A stretch of DNA of 64,000 nucleotides, from IMG/VR virus record IMGVR_UViG_3300006931_000029, positions 124,001-188,000 of that record; one strand, written 5' to 3'. Made by a program: the position numbers and the translations under genes. Below are positions 9,308-17,682 of the stretch, one piece after another; position 1 is the stretch's first letter, and every line of letters begins with the position of its first letter. The notes below the pieces were generated by a model that was given only the letters and a program-made list of their open reading frames with translations, did no database searches and was not told the DNA's origin.

Positions 9308-9467
9308 CCCTTCGAGAGAACAGAGGATTGCCGAGCTAGACCGTTGCACGTTATGGAATTACTGGCTAATCGAAGATGGCGAGCATTCGGCGGTGGATTC
9401 CAACAGAGTCCGAGAAAGGATCAACAGACTGTTGGATGCTAGGCTCTACCTTATGAAAAAGGTTTGA
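9258..9467 (+). CDS. hypothetical protein
   Basis: 69 aa filling the gap; start uncertain. Confidence 0.4.
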   Translation: MLTRTRSTNRFKSLEHNPSREQRIAELDRCTLWNYWLIEDGEHSAVDSNRVRERINRLLDARLYLMKKV

Positions 9468-9539
9468 GTTGAATTTGTTTCACTTTTTTTGTTTACATTG
9501 ACGAAGCCTTAGGCATTGTCGATGACGTTCTACTTCACC

Positions 9540-9803
9540 ATGAAATCCGAAAACTAGGTTCCTACCGTCGCCGATGAGGTGACGTTCCACTTCAACAAGG
9601 CCCATCTCACGGACTCCACGATTCCGATGTGGGTTCTCAAGTTGAAGGGTCAAACCTACTACGTTTCGCACGTTTCGTCCACGGCTCCATGGAGCACCAA
9701 GGAAACGCCTGACAACCCTGCTACCAAGGGTTCTCTCAAGTTCAAGAAGGTCGTGGTCTCAATCCACGACGGTGAAGCGGTCATCGAACCGATTGCCGCA
9801 TGA
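9540..9803 (+). CDS. conserved phage protein with in-frame amber at codon 6
   Basis: ATG AAA TCC GAA AAC TAG GTT... in frame with ORF 9579-9803 (FHFNK...IPMWVLK...PWSTKETPDNP.TKGS); ATG has the GTTCT upstream motif. Confidence 0.7.
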
Positions 9804-9812
9804 ACCAATTTT

Positions 9813-9908
9813 GGCAGAGTCGCCGAACGGTGAGCCGCAAGGCTCTTCAGGCCCGGGTGTCCGGAAGGAGACTCGTCTATGTAGGTTCGAATCCTACCTC
9901 TGCCTCCA
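9813..9908 (+). ncRNA. tRNA-derived RNA (Cys-like body) without an anticodon loop
   Basis: GGCAGAG/CTCTGCC-T-CCA acceptor, GTAGG-TTCGAAT-CCTAC T arm, GCC/GGC D stem with inserted GAGCC-GCAA-GGCTC hairpin, CGGGT/ACTCG stem capped by TCC-GGAA-GGA. Confidence 0.75.
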
Positions 9909-9910
9909 AT

Positions 9911-10041
9911 TTCCCTGTAGCTCAGAAGCTTTGCGAAGTCGCCCGCAGATCACGGGATGACGACGCAAATACCGTCGGCAACGACGAGGTAGAGCGGCCG
10001 GTTCTAACCGGAGTGTCGCTGGTTCAAATCCAGTCAGGGAC
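9911..10041 (+). ncRNA. tRNA-derived RNA (Asn-like body) with 62-nt D-loop insertion
   Basis: TCCCTG/CAGGGA acceptor, GCTC/GAGC D stem, CCGG-TTCTAA-CCGG arm, GCTGG-TTCAAAT-CCAGT T arm; insert at 9926-9987; no encoded CCA. Confidence 0.75.
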
Positions 10042-10050
10042 TTAATTTCC

Positions 10051-10434
10051 ATGAAAGCTGAAAACTAGGTAGATGAAACGCTGAGGCTCTACGTGATCCT
10101 CAGAAACGACGCTGGAATGACGCCCGGCAAGATGGCTAGTCAGGCATCTCATGCGGCGGTTCAAGCGAGCCTGGACTGCCTGGGCAGAGCCCCGGATCGA
10201 TTCAAGCGGTATCAAGACGGAACCTTCGGCACGAAGGTCGTCCTCCACGCTGACGAACTCAAGATGCGCTGGCTCTTTGAGCTGGCGACTGAGCGTCAGA
10301 TTCCCTGCGCCCTGATTGAAGACAGCGGCCATGCCGCGTTTCACGACGGGCGCCCAACCACCACCGCACTCGGCATCGGTCCCATTCAACGGCACGAGAT
10401 GCGAGAGCTGAAGAAACTGGAGCTCGTCAAATGA
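10051..10434 (+). CDS. pth2: peptidyl-tRNA hydrolase, PTH2 family, with in-frame amber at codon 6
   Basis: LRLYVILRNDAGMTPGKMASQASHAA, TKVVL, IEDSG, TTTALGIGP are PTH2 motifs; the only in-frame ATG ahead of the first beta strand is 10051, followed by TAG at 10066-10068. Confidence 0.88.
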
Positions 10435-10440
10435 ACTAGC

Positions 10441-10638
10441 TCACTCTTCATCGGAGTCGAGACCCGCCTTCTTGCGAGCGCACGAAATCGCATAGTCCTT
10501 CATGGACCTGCAACGACCGCCGAAGCTACACCACTTCGTTTCCATAGAATCTCCGCAGCAACAAACGTCATCATCGCAGTCTCGGTAGGCTCTTTCGATC
10601 CGCCGAGCAATCAAAAATCTCTGAACCCGCACTATCAT
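10441..10638 (-). CDS. Cys-rich hypothetical protein
   Basis: DCDDDVCCCGDSM...WCSFGGRC; fills an otherwise empty gap. Confidence 0.45.
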   Translation of the reverse strand: MIVRVQRFLIARRIERAYRDCDDDVCCCGDSMETKWCSFGGRCRSMKDYAISCARKKAGLDSDEE

Positions 10639-11104
10639 GAATCTCACCCAAATCAACGACAGTATCAACGCAGGCATTTACGCCAAGAACTTCAGCTACG
10701 CTTCGCCTTTCTCAAAAGGTGCTTATCTAGAATTTCGATTGCAATGGAAGGAAACCTACGCTCGCATCTCGAAAGCGATCCGTGCCAATAAGGCACTTGA
10801 GAAGGAATTTCAACGGTCACTCGTTGGTCTTTCCAAGTTAACCGCCGAGCAGTCGGCCATCCTCAAGGAGCAAGCAAAATTCGAACTACCGAAGTCCATT
10901 GGCTTCGTGCAAGTCACTGCTCCGAATTCACCAGGATGGTTGCCAACGTCGTGGCGGCTGAAAGCTACGGCACACTTCCTGCTCGTCCTCAACAAACAGA
11001 TGAAAATCGAGGCCGAGAAACAGTATCAGGATTCCCACGCCGTGTCCGGACAACCGGACGCGAACGCCTTACGCCAATCGAGCACGGGTCCCAACTTGTC
11101 GTGA
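10637..11104 (+). CDS. hypothetical protein
   Basis: 155 aa, protein-like composition. Confidence 0.55.
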   Translation: MNLTQINDSINAGIYAKNFSYASPFSKGAYLEFRLQWKETYARISKAIRANKALEKEFQRSLVGLSKLTAEQSAILKEQAKFELPKSIGFVQVTAPNSPGWLPTSWRLKATAHFLLVLNKQMKIEAEKQYQDSHAVSGQPDANALRQSSTGPNLS

Positions 11105-11322
11105 AACTCCCTGGCATCCGAATCGGAGTCGGGTGACCAGTTTCGAACGAATGCCTGAAGGTACGCCTTGCTGTCGTTTAGTACGGCAGCAAGGTCCTTG
11201 CGAAACTCGCCGGCGTCTTCGCCGGCTGGTTCGAATTCATGGATGAAGGTTTCGAGTGGGGAAGCCGCCTGGTCGTTCACTGACGCCTCAGACTGTTCCC
11301 ACGAGGGAAGTTTACGAATCAC
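11026..11322 (-). CDS. hypothetical protein
   Basis: Coupled (GTGA) to the phosphoesterase; overlaps the convergent gene. Confidence 0.55.
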   Translation of the reverse strand: MIRKLPSWEQSEASVNDQAASPLETFIHEFEPAGEDAGEFRKDLAAVLNDSKAYLQAFVRNWSPDSDSDAREFHDKLGPVLDWRKAFASGCPDTAWES

Positions 11323-11918
11323 GCTGAACTAAGAACAGTCCGTCCACGGTCGCCGGTCGTATCGGCGTTGTGGTGATCGACCGGTACCCAGGTCTTCGTC
11401 GCCATCTTTGCTTGGATTTGCTCTACGGTCAACGGGCGGAAGTCCCAACAGTCTACACCCACGTCGAACTGGCGCGCGTCCTGAGGATCAGGAAGAGTCC
11501 CATGGCTGTGCCCATACAGTTGCCAAGCGCCATGATGGCTCTTGTTCCAAACCTTCATCGCGTAGTGGCACAGCGTGATCGCCTGCTTGATCGTCTTGCC
11601 ATCCTCTTGGATTTTGACTTCGATCTCCAGAAGTCCGGCGACATTCTTGAACCGGTTAAGGCAGCGGAGCGCTCGATTCTCATGGTTACCCACGATCAAG
11701 ACGATGTTGCCGTTAAGCTTTTCGAGATACTGTTCGGCCGGACCGCCGCCTACTGCAAAGTCTCCGAGATGGTAAACGGTATCGCCGGGTTGGACGATTT
11801 CATTCCAGCGCCGGATCAATTCATGATCCATCTCCTCGGCCGTAGCAAACGGACGCTTGGAATACTTGATGATGTTAGCGTGCCCAAAGTGGGTGTCGCT
11901 GGTGAAAAACTGTCTCAT
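11319..11918 (-). CDS. calcineurin-like metallophosphoesterase
   Basis: SDTHFGH, YHLGDF, GNHE, LCHY, YGHSH, DVGVD motifs. Confidence 0.92.
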   Translation of the reverse strand: MRQFFTSDTHFGHANIIKYSKRPFATAEEMDHELIRRWNEIVQPGDTVYHLGDFAVGGGPAEQYLEKLNGNIVLIVGNHENRALRCLNRFKNVAGLLEIEVKIQEDGKTIKQAITLCHYAMKVWNKSHHGAWQLYGHSHGTLPDPQDARQFDVGVDCWDFRPLTVEQIQAKMATKTWVPVDHHNADTTGDRGRTVLSSA

Positions 11919-11928
11919 TTGAGTTGAA

Positions 11929-11957
11929 CCTACCAGCTGGTAGGGATTTTGTAAACA
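11929..11957 (-). promoter_or_regulatory. promoter with perfect 16-bp palindrome
   Basis: TTTACA-17nt-TAGGTT; CCTACCAGCTGGTAGG (11929-11944) overlaps the spacer and -10. Confidence 0.6.
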
Positions 11958-11960
11958 TTA

Positions 11961-12164
11961 TTATTCGATGAATTCCACGTCGTGGAACCAGGCGCGTCTG
12001 ATGTAGATGCCCTCTTTGATGAGATAACCAGTGTCGGACACACCGGTTATCTTGCCCTCGTGGACTGACATTCCGAATTGGCAGAATTGCAGAAAACGGA
12101 CTTGCTTGCCGATGTTACGGCGAGCCCTCCTTTTCTTCAGCCACCTAGAAAACCACTTGAACAT
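11961..12164 (-). CDS. small basic hypothetical protein
   Basis: 67 aa; GTTCT 8 nt upstream. Confidence 0.55.
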   Translation of the reverse strand: MFKWFSRWLKKRRARRNIGKQVRFLQFCQFGMSVHEGKITGVSDTGYLIKEGIYIRRAWFHDVEFIE

Positions 12165-12180
12165 TCACGGCAAGAACATC

Positions 12181-12975
12181 TTACCCGATAGCCCAGATGC
12201 GAATCACACCTTGACCACCTGCGCCACCTGCGCCTGAAAAACTTGGGTTCGCGGAACGGCCACCACCGCCACCACCGCCTCCGCCCATGAAACCGGCTCC
12301 ACCGGTTCCACCGCCCGCGCTACCACCACCTCCACCGCCGCCACCCGTGCCCCAGTTTTTTGACGACGTTGGCGCTGCGTTAGCTGCGCTTCCGCCTGCT
12401 AACGTGCTGCCGAGCTTTCCACCGTTTCCACCAGCAACCGCGGCATTGCCACCTGTTTGGCCGGCGCCGTTTCCGCCGCCACCACCAGCGTCAGCTGTCG
12501 CCGGTGTTGACGCGCCAGTGTTTGCCCCAGCGCCGGCGACACCACCTTGGATTGTGGTGTTGGCAACGCTGCCTCCGTTTCCAGTAACATTTCCTGCACC
12601 GTTGCAGCCGCTTCTTCCACCCGTGCCGCCACCGCCGCCGCGAGCGCGGAGAATAACTGTGCTGCTGGACGTGACCGTCGAGTCGCCGCCCGTACCGCCT
12701 GTGTTGCCTGTGTCAGCTTGAACAGCTGTACCGCCAGCAGCGGCCGATCCTACTGCTGCGGTCAAGCTAGACGCTACGTCGGCCGTAGCGAAGAAAGACG
12801 TCGCGAAACCTCCGCCTTGACCTCCACCACCTCCCGGATTTGTTACGCCGCACTGAGAAGAGCCGCTACCACCACCGCCGCCACTGCCAATCGCCTCGAT
12901 GATTAGCATGTCGGCAGACGTTGGAACAGAGTAGCTGTTCGAGCCCGTCGTGTAGACTGTGAGTGTGACTGCCAT
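12181..12975 (-). CDS. glycine-rich virion/tail-associated protein (paralog 3)
   Basis: YSVP...IIEAIGSGGGGG...AGFMGGGGGGG...GVIRIWAIG. Confidence 0.8.
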   Translation of the reverse strand: MAVTLTVYTTGSNSYSVPTSADMLIIEAIGSGGGGGSGSSQCGVTNPGGGGGQGGGFATSFFATADVASSLTAAVGSAAAGGTAVQADTGNTGGTGGDSTVTSSSTVILRARGGGGGTGGRSGCNGAGNVTGNGGSVANTTIQGGVAGAGANTGASTPATADAGGGGGNGAGQTGGNAAVAGGNGGKLGSTLAGGSAANAAPTSSKNWGTGGGGGGGGSAGGGTGGAGFMGGGGGGGGGRSANPSFSGAGGAGGQGVIRIWAIG

Positions 12976-12978
12976 GTT

Positions 12979-13887
12979 TTAACCTTGTGCCCAAAAACGA
13001 ACTACGCCGCCACCGCCAGCACCACCGCTACCCGACGGATTTGTGTTGCTGAATCCGCTGGCGCCTCCGCCACCACCGCCACCCATGAAACCGGCAGAAC
13101 CACCGCCGGAAGTTCGAGTAGAATTGCTCATAGCGCCTCCGCCACCGCCGCCTCCGCCGCCATAACCCCAGGTGTTTGAGTGAGTAGGCGTGGTACCGCC
13201 GGGTTGGCCACCTGATCCGCTATCAGCCGCGCCACCTGATCCGCCACCGGATGCGGTCGATCCGCCTTTAACTCCGCCGGCTCCGCCAGCCGCTCCTGCT
13301 GTCGTACCACCCGTGGATTTGCCACCACCTCCACCACCACCGCCTGCAGCGCCTGCTGAACCTGCGACGCCGTTAGTTCCACCAGCAGCGCCGCCTGTCG
13401 TATTCGCAGCTCCTCCCGCGCCGCTTGTTCCGCTTGAAAGACCCGCGCCACCGGCGTTTCCGCCAGGTGCGGTTACGATCGCAGTACCGCTCGACGTAAC
13501 AGTTGTAGAATTTCCGGCCGTACCAGCACCACCGTTTGCCGTACCCGTAACGCCGGTGCCACCACCGCCGCCACCTATTGAGACGATCAACGACGCGGCT
13601 GCATCTGCCGTGGATATGCGAACAAATGCGTAACCACCTCCACCACCACCACCGCCTCCGCCGCCGTTGTTGGTGGAAACGTTACTTCCGCCAGCGCCAC
13701 CACCGCCACCGGTTCCGATGCCTTCAATAAACAGCAGACTCGATCCGACTGGAACCGAGTATGTTCCGTTTGCAGTGAAGACGTCTAGCTGAAAAAATCC
13801 AGCGCTAGCTCCTCCTGACGCAGCGTCAGCTGTCGACCAAAAATTTCGACAATGACTCGTTTTTGTAACTCTGCTTGATTGGATCAT
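12979..13887 (-). CDS. glycine-rich virion/tail-associated protein (paralog 2)
   Basis: FFQLDVFT...IEGIGTGGGGG...AGFMGGGG...GVVRFWAQG. Confidence 0.8.
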   Translation of the reverse strand: MIQSSRVTKTSHCRNFWSTADAASGGASAGFFQLDVFTANGTYSVPVGSSLLFIEGIGTGGGGGAGGSNVSTNNGGGGGGGGGGGYAFVRISTADAAASLIVSIGGGGGGTGVTGTANGGAGTAGNSTTVTSSGTAIVTAPGGNAGGAGLSSGTSGAGGAANTTGGAAGGTNGVAGSAGAAGGGGGGGGKSTGGTTAGAAGGAGGVKGGSTASGGGSGGAADSGSGGQPGGTTPTHSNTWGYGGGGGGGGGAMSNSTRTSGGGSAGFMGGGGGGGASGFSNTNPSGSGGAGGGGVVRFWAQG

Positions 13888-14786
13888 CCTGTTGCCCAGA
13901 TACGAATCACTCCGTCTCCGCCGACTCCGCCGGTACCGCCGTTGTTGTTGCCGCCAGAAGTTGACGAGTGTCCGGAGCCACCTCCACCACCACCACCCAT
14001 GAAACCAGCGCCGCCAGCAACCGCGTTGCCTGAAGTTCCGTTTGCGCCACCACCGCCGCCACCACCAGAACCCCAGTTAGTCGAGTGAGAGGTCGCAGCG
14101 CCTCCGTTTGCTGCTCCGCCAGCTCCTTCGCCACCATACAATCCGCCAGAGTTTCCAGCCGATCCAGTGCCAAGAGACGCGGCACTACTTGAACCTGCGC
14201 CGCCGCACCCGCCACCGCCGGCTAACGCGGCAGTAGGTTGCGTTGATGCGCCTGAAGATACTCCGATAGTTCCGTCTCCACCGCCTTGCGTTGTGGCTCC
14301 AGCACCAGCCGAACCGCCCGCGGCGTTCGTGCCGCCGCCGCCCGCACCGCCTGCGAGCGCTCGAATAATTTCGTCTCCTGAGCCGTTGTTGTCAACAACG
14401 AACGAAGGGTTTCCAGCAGCGCCAGGACTTCCGCTGCTGCCTGCTGTGCCACCACCGCCTGAACCCGTGCCACCCGCCCCAACCGTGTAAGATAGCGGGC
14501 CGGTTAAATTTGCGACAGCAAACATAACGCGAGCGTAGCCACCACCGCCACCACCACCACCACCGAACGCAGCAGTTGCCGTGACAAAGGATCGGCCGCC
14601 TCCGCCTTGACCGCCGCCGCCTATGGCTTCGATCATCAACTGTGTCGCTGAACTAGGAATAGCGTAGCTGCCGGTTCCACTCGTGAAAACGTCCAACTGA
14701 AAAAATGCTCCGCCAGCGACTGGTACCGTTGTCCAATCTCTCCGTAGGTGTCCACCATCTTCTTTGTTAACCGTGGTAACGATCAT
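13884..14786 (-). CDS. glycine-rich virion/tail-associated protein (paralog 1)
   Basis: FFQLDVFT...IEAIGGGG...AGFMGGGG...GVIRIWATG. Confidence 0.8.
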   Translation of the reverse strand: MIVTTVNKEDGGHLRRDWTTVPVAGGAFFQLDVFTSGTGSYAIPSSATQLMIEAIGGGGQGGGGRSFVTATAAFGGGGGGGGGYARVMFAVANLTGPLSYTVGAGGTGSGGGGTAGSSGSPGAAGNPSFVVDNNGSGDEIIRALAGGAGGGGTNAAGGSAGAGATTQGGGDGTIGVSSGASTQPTAALAGGGGCGGAGSSSAASLGTGSAGNSGGLYGGEGAGGAANGGAATSHSTNWGSGGGGGGGANGTSGNAVAGGAGFMGGGGGGGSGHSSTSGGNNNGGTGGVGGDGVIRIWATG

Positions 14787-15133
14787 GCGTCTGTCATGCC
14801 TAGCAGTTGGACGGTTACGCCGGAACCATCTGCTAAGCCGAAGATGGCATCGTTCGTGTCAGTAAGAACCCATGGATATTTCGGTTCCAAAAGCAATGAC
14901 TCGTTGGTGACGAGAGTCACTTTGTACATCTGGTTGGTCGTAGCTACAGTGCCCAGCGAACCTCCCGAATCAGGCACGTTGTTCAATGTCACGACTCTAG
15001 ACGACGCGTTCGAATTGTGCAGTTGAATGCACCCGACATACGTCTTTGTCGAAGAGGGATTGGCGTAGATGGAAGCAGAAGCGCCAGTCGCAACCGACGC
15101 AATGTCCATCAGCTTGTTGAATTGAAGTGCCAT
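14783..15133 (-). CDS. small beta-rich virion structural protein
   Basis: Resembles 17371-17682 (I..HN.N...RVVT...ESL.L...VL...DAI); lies in the tail-fibre operon. Confidence 0.65.
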   Translation of the reverse strand: MALQFNKLMDIASVATGASASIYANPSSTKTYVGCIQLHNSNASSRVVTLNNVPDSGGSLGTVATTNQMYKVTLVTNESLLLEPKYPWVLTDTNDAIFGLADGSGVTVQLLGMTDA

Positions 15134-15136
15134 GGC

Positions 15137-17371
15137 TTAAGTAGCGAACAGCCAGAGAAAACGAGGGTCGTTGCCGGCCACGCCCTGGAAACCTTGATTT
15201 CCCTGGAATCCTTGAAAGCCTTGCGTTCCCGTTGCGCCTTGAACTCCTTGAGGACCTTGGAAACCCTGATTTCCTTGCGATCCTTGGGAACCTTGAGAAC
15301 CCTGCGATCCCGCAGGTCCAGCGAACGCGAATGTGAAACAGACCTCGTCATTCAGCGAGAACGTTGTACCGGAATCGTCCTGGTACGTGACAGCGAATTT
15401 GCGATAGCCGGTCGCCGACACCACGCTTCCTGTGAAGATGAATGTTGCAAACGTGTTGACGTCTGCCTTCTTGTAGACCTTTATCGTGCCGCGGTTGGTA
15501 GACGATCCGAAGTTGTCCAACGAATCCAACCATCCTGTGACGTCAACCAACGACTCGTTGAGCAAGTCAACATAAAGGAACGTAACAGAAGCATAGGTCG
15601 CGTTGTTGAACTTCAGGAAGCCATCGCCAGGATCAGAGTCGGCTGTGTTGGTGTTGAAGAAGAAAATCTGCGTGTCGCCGCCGGCACTAGAATCACCGGA
15701 CGAACCTTGGAATCCTTGCGAGCCTTGAGAACCCGTCGAGCCCTGGTTGCCTATAGACCCTTGGAATCCTTGCGAGCCTTGAGCTCCTTGATTTCCTTGA
15801 GCGCCCGTGCTTCCCGCCGCTCCTTGCGCACCAGTCAATCCCTGGAAACCCTGGCGGCCCTGGAAACCTTGTGCGCCTTGTGCGCCGTCGTTGCCGGGCG
15901 CTCCGGTCAATCCTTGAACACCTTGGTTTCCTTGGTTGCCAGTGTATGTCCACGTGAACGCAATGTCATTACCAGCAGTGAACGTCGTGCCTGAAGAATG
16001 CTGGAACGTGACGGCAATCTTTCGATAACCCGTCGCCGTTGTGACGCTTCCAGTGACGATGAACGTAATGAAGACGTTTGCATCTGCGCTCTTGAACAAC
16101 TTGAGCACGCCGCGGTTCGTCGACGAGCCAAAGTCGTCGATAGCATCCAACCACGTTGTGATGTCGACGCCACCTTTGTTGAACGTGCTCGCAAAAATCT
16201 GGGTGACAGAAGCGTAGGTCGCGTTGTTGAAACGGACCTTGCCGCTACCCGGGTCTGCGTCGCTCGTTCCGGTGTCCCATGTGTAGATTTGTGTGTCGCC
16301 GCCAGAACCTTCGCTGCCCTGCGCACCTGTAGAACCCTGATTTCCTTGGAAACCCTGAGAGCCCGTAGTTCCAGTTGAGCCTTGGAATCCCTGATTACCC
16401 TGCGAACCTTGGAATCCTTGGAATCCCTGCGCGCCATCGGGAGGACCTTGGAATCCTTGGAATCCCTGACTGCCTTGTGATCCTTGTGCTCCCGCAGTTC
16501 CGGCTGAGCCTTGACTACCTTGCGATCCAGTCGACCCGGTCGCACCTTGAAAACCTTGAAAGCCTTGCGCTCCAGTTGATCCCGCCGCTCCTTGAAGTCC
16601 TTGGAAACCTTGGCGACCTTGGAATCCTTGCGAGCCTTGAGCACCCGCTGCGCCTTGCGAACCCTGAAATCCCTGCGCGCCATCAGGAGGACCTTGGAAT
16701 CCTTGAAAACCCTGTGCACCTTGAGAGCCAGTTGAACCTTGAAATCCCTGCGAACCCGTCGTTCCTGTCACGCCTTGGAAACCTTGACGACCTTGGAATC
16801 CCTGCGCACCTTGCGATCCCGTGGTTCCAGTTGAGCCTTGGAAACCTTGGTTGCCCTGCGCTCCGCTGATGCCATAAGTGAAGATCGCGACTCCCGTGAA
16901 AACAGGAGACGGCGCTGCTGAGAAGACCGTGCAAGTTAGCGTGACGGTCGAATTGATGTTGTCGAACGAAACGTTAGTGATGCTGTAGACAACGTGTGTC
17001 GAAGAGTTCGTCTCGAGATAGATGACAAAGTGAGACGGTGCCAATCCCGAAAACCAACTCGAAGCGTTCTGACCCGCAAGGTTCGTTTGATTTGCGACAA
17101 TGGCTGTTGCGAGTTGAGGGCTCGCATTGTTCAATCGGAAAGTTCCAGTCGTTGGATTTCCAGTCGTCAGCGACGAATAGGTGTAGCGCTGCGACGGCCC
17201 GCCTGCTGTTCCTGTCGGCCCTTGAAAACCCTGAAATCCTTGAAAACCCTGAGCGCCCTGATTCGCGTCCGCGTAATCTTTGTTGACTGCGTCTTTGCCA
17301 TCAACCGGTGCACTCAAACCAGCCAACCGCTGGTTTTCGAGCGTATTGCCTCTTTGAATGATCGGAACCAT
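15137..17371 (-). CDS. collagen-like tail fibre protein
   Basis: N-terminal LSAPVDGKDAVNKDYAD knob motif, G-x-Q triplet tracts (QGFQG), three repeated globular domains. Confidence 0.85.
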   Translation of the reverse strand: MVPIIQRGNTLENQRLAGLSAPVDGKDAVNKDYADANQGAQGFQGFQGFQGPTGTAGGPSQRYTYSSLTTGNPTTGTFRLNNASPQLATAIVANQTNLAGQNASSWFSGLAPSHFVIYLETNSSTHVVYSITNVSFDNINSTVTLTCTVFSAAPSPVFTGVAIFTYGISGAQGNQGFQGSTGTTGSQGAQGFQGRQGFQGVTGTTGSQGFQGSTGSQGAQGFQGFQGPPDGAQGFQGSQGAAGAQGSQGFQGRQGFQGLQGAAGSTGAQGFQGFQGATGSTGSQGSQGSAGTAGAQGSQGSQGFQGFQGPPDGAQGFQGFQGSQGNQGFQGSTGTTGSQGFQGNQGSTGAQGSEGSGGDTQIYTWDTGTSDADPGSGKVRFNNATYASVTQIFASTFNKGGVDITTWLDAIDDFGSSTNRGVLKLFKSADANVFITFIVTGSVTTATGYRKIAVTFQHSSGTTFTAGNDIAFTWTYTGNQGNQGVQGLTGAPGNDGAQGAQGFQGRQGFQGLTGAQGAAGSTGAQGNQGAQGSQGFQGSIGNQGSTGSQGSQGFQGSSGDSSAGGDTQIFFFNTNTADSDPGDGFLKFNNATYASVTFLYVDLLNESLVDVTGWLDSLDNFGSSTNRGTIKVYKKADVNTFATFIFTGSVVSATGYRKFAVTYQDDSGTTFSLNDEVCFTFAFAGPAGSQGSQGSQGSQGNQGFQGPQGVQGATGTQGFQGFQGNQGFQGVAGNDPRFLWLFAT

Positions 17372-17682
17372 TAGATGGCAATGAAGGAGACAGTTGCACT
17401 GAGGGAACTGTCGGCGCTAGCAATGAGATAGATCGAATCCCCAGCGGAAAGAAGGATTTTTTCAGTCGAAAGGAACAGGCTGTCGTACGCTCTCATCGTC
17501 CGGCTTTTGATGATTGTGGTCGTCGGACTTGCAGCGTTTCCCTGTTTGATGACGTGAACATCCACCGTTCGCTCGGCATTTACATAGTTGCAAACCATAA
17601 TGTTCACAACCGCGTAGTTCAACCCCGCCGGGACGGTCAGAAGCGTTGTTCCCGCTGCTGCGATCAGGTTCTGTAAGATCAT
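17371..17682 (-). CDS. small beta-rich virion structural protein
   Basis: TTLLTVPA...NIMVCN...ILLSAGDSI pattern; coupled to the fibre gene. Confidence 0.65.
   Translation of the reverse strand: MILQNLIAAAGTTLLTVPAGLNYAVVNIMVCNYVNAERTVDVHVIKQGNAASPTTTIIKSRTMRAYDSLFLSTEKILLSAGDSIYLIASADSSLSATVSFIAI

Noticed and set aside
9841-9852. Selenocysteine anticodon (TTCA) in the first tRNA-like RNA
   Set aside because: TTCA lies in the D-loop after the inserted hairpin, not in a 7-nt loop on the anticodon stem.
9800-10045. 81-aa ORF spanning both tRNA-like RNAs
   Set aside because: No protein-like motif; the region is fully explained by RNA structure. The ATGA overlap is noted but is insufficient.
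12287-14490. Pro-rich plus-strand ORFs
   Set aside because: Antisense shadows of the Gly-rich genes (GGN codons read as CCN).
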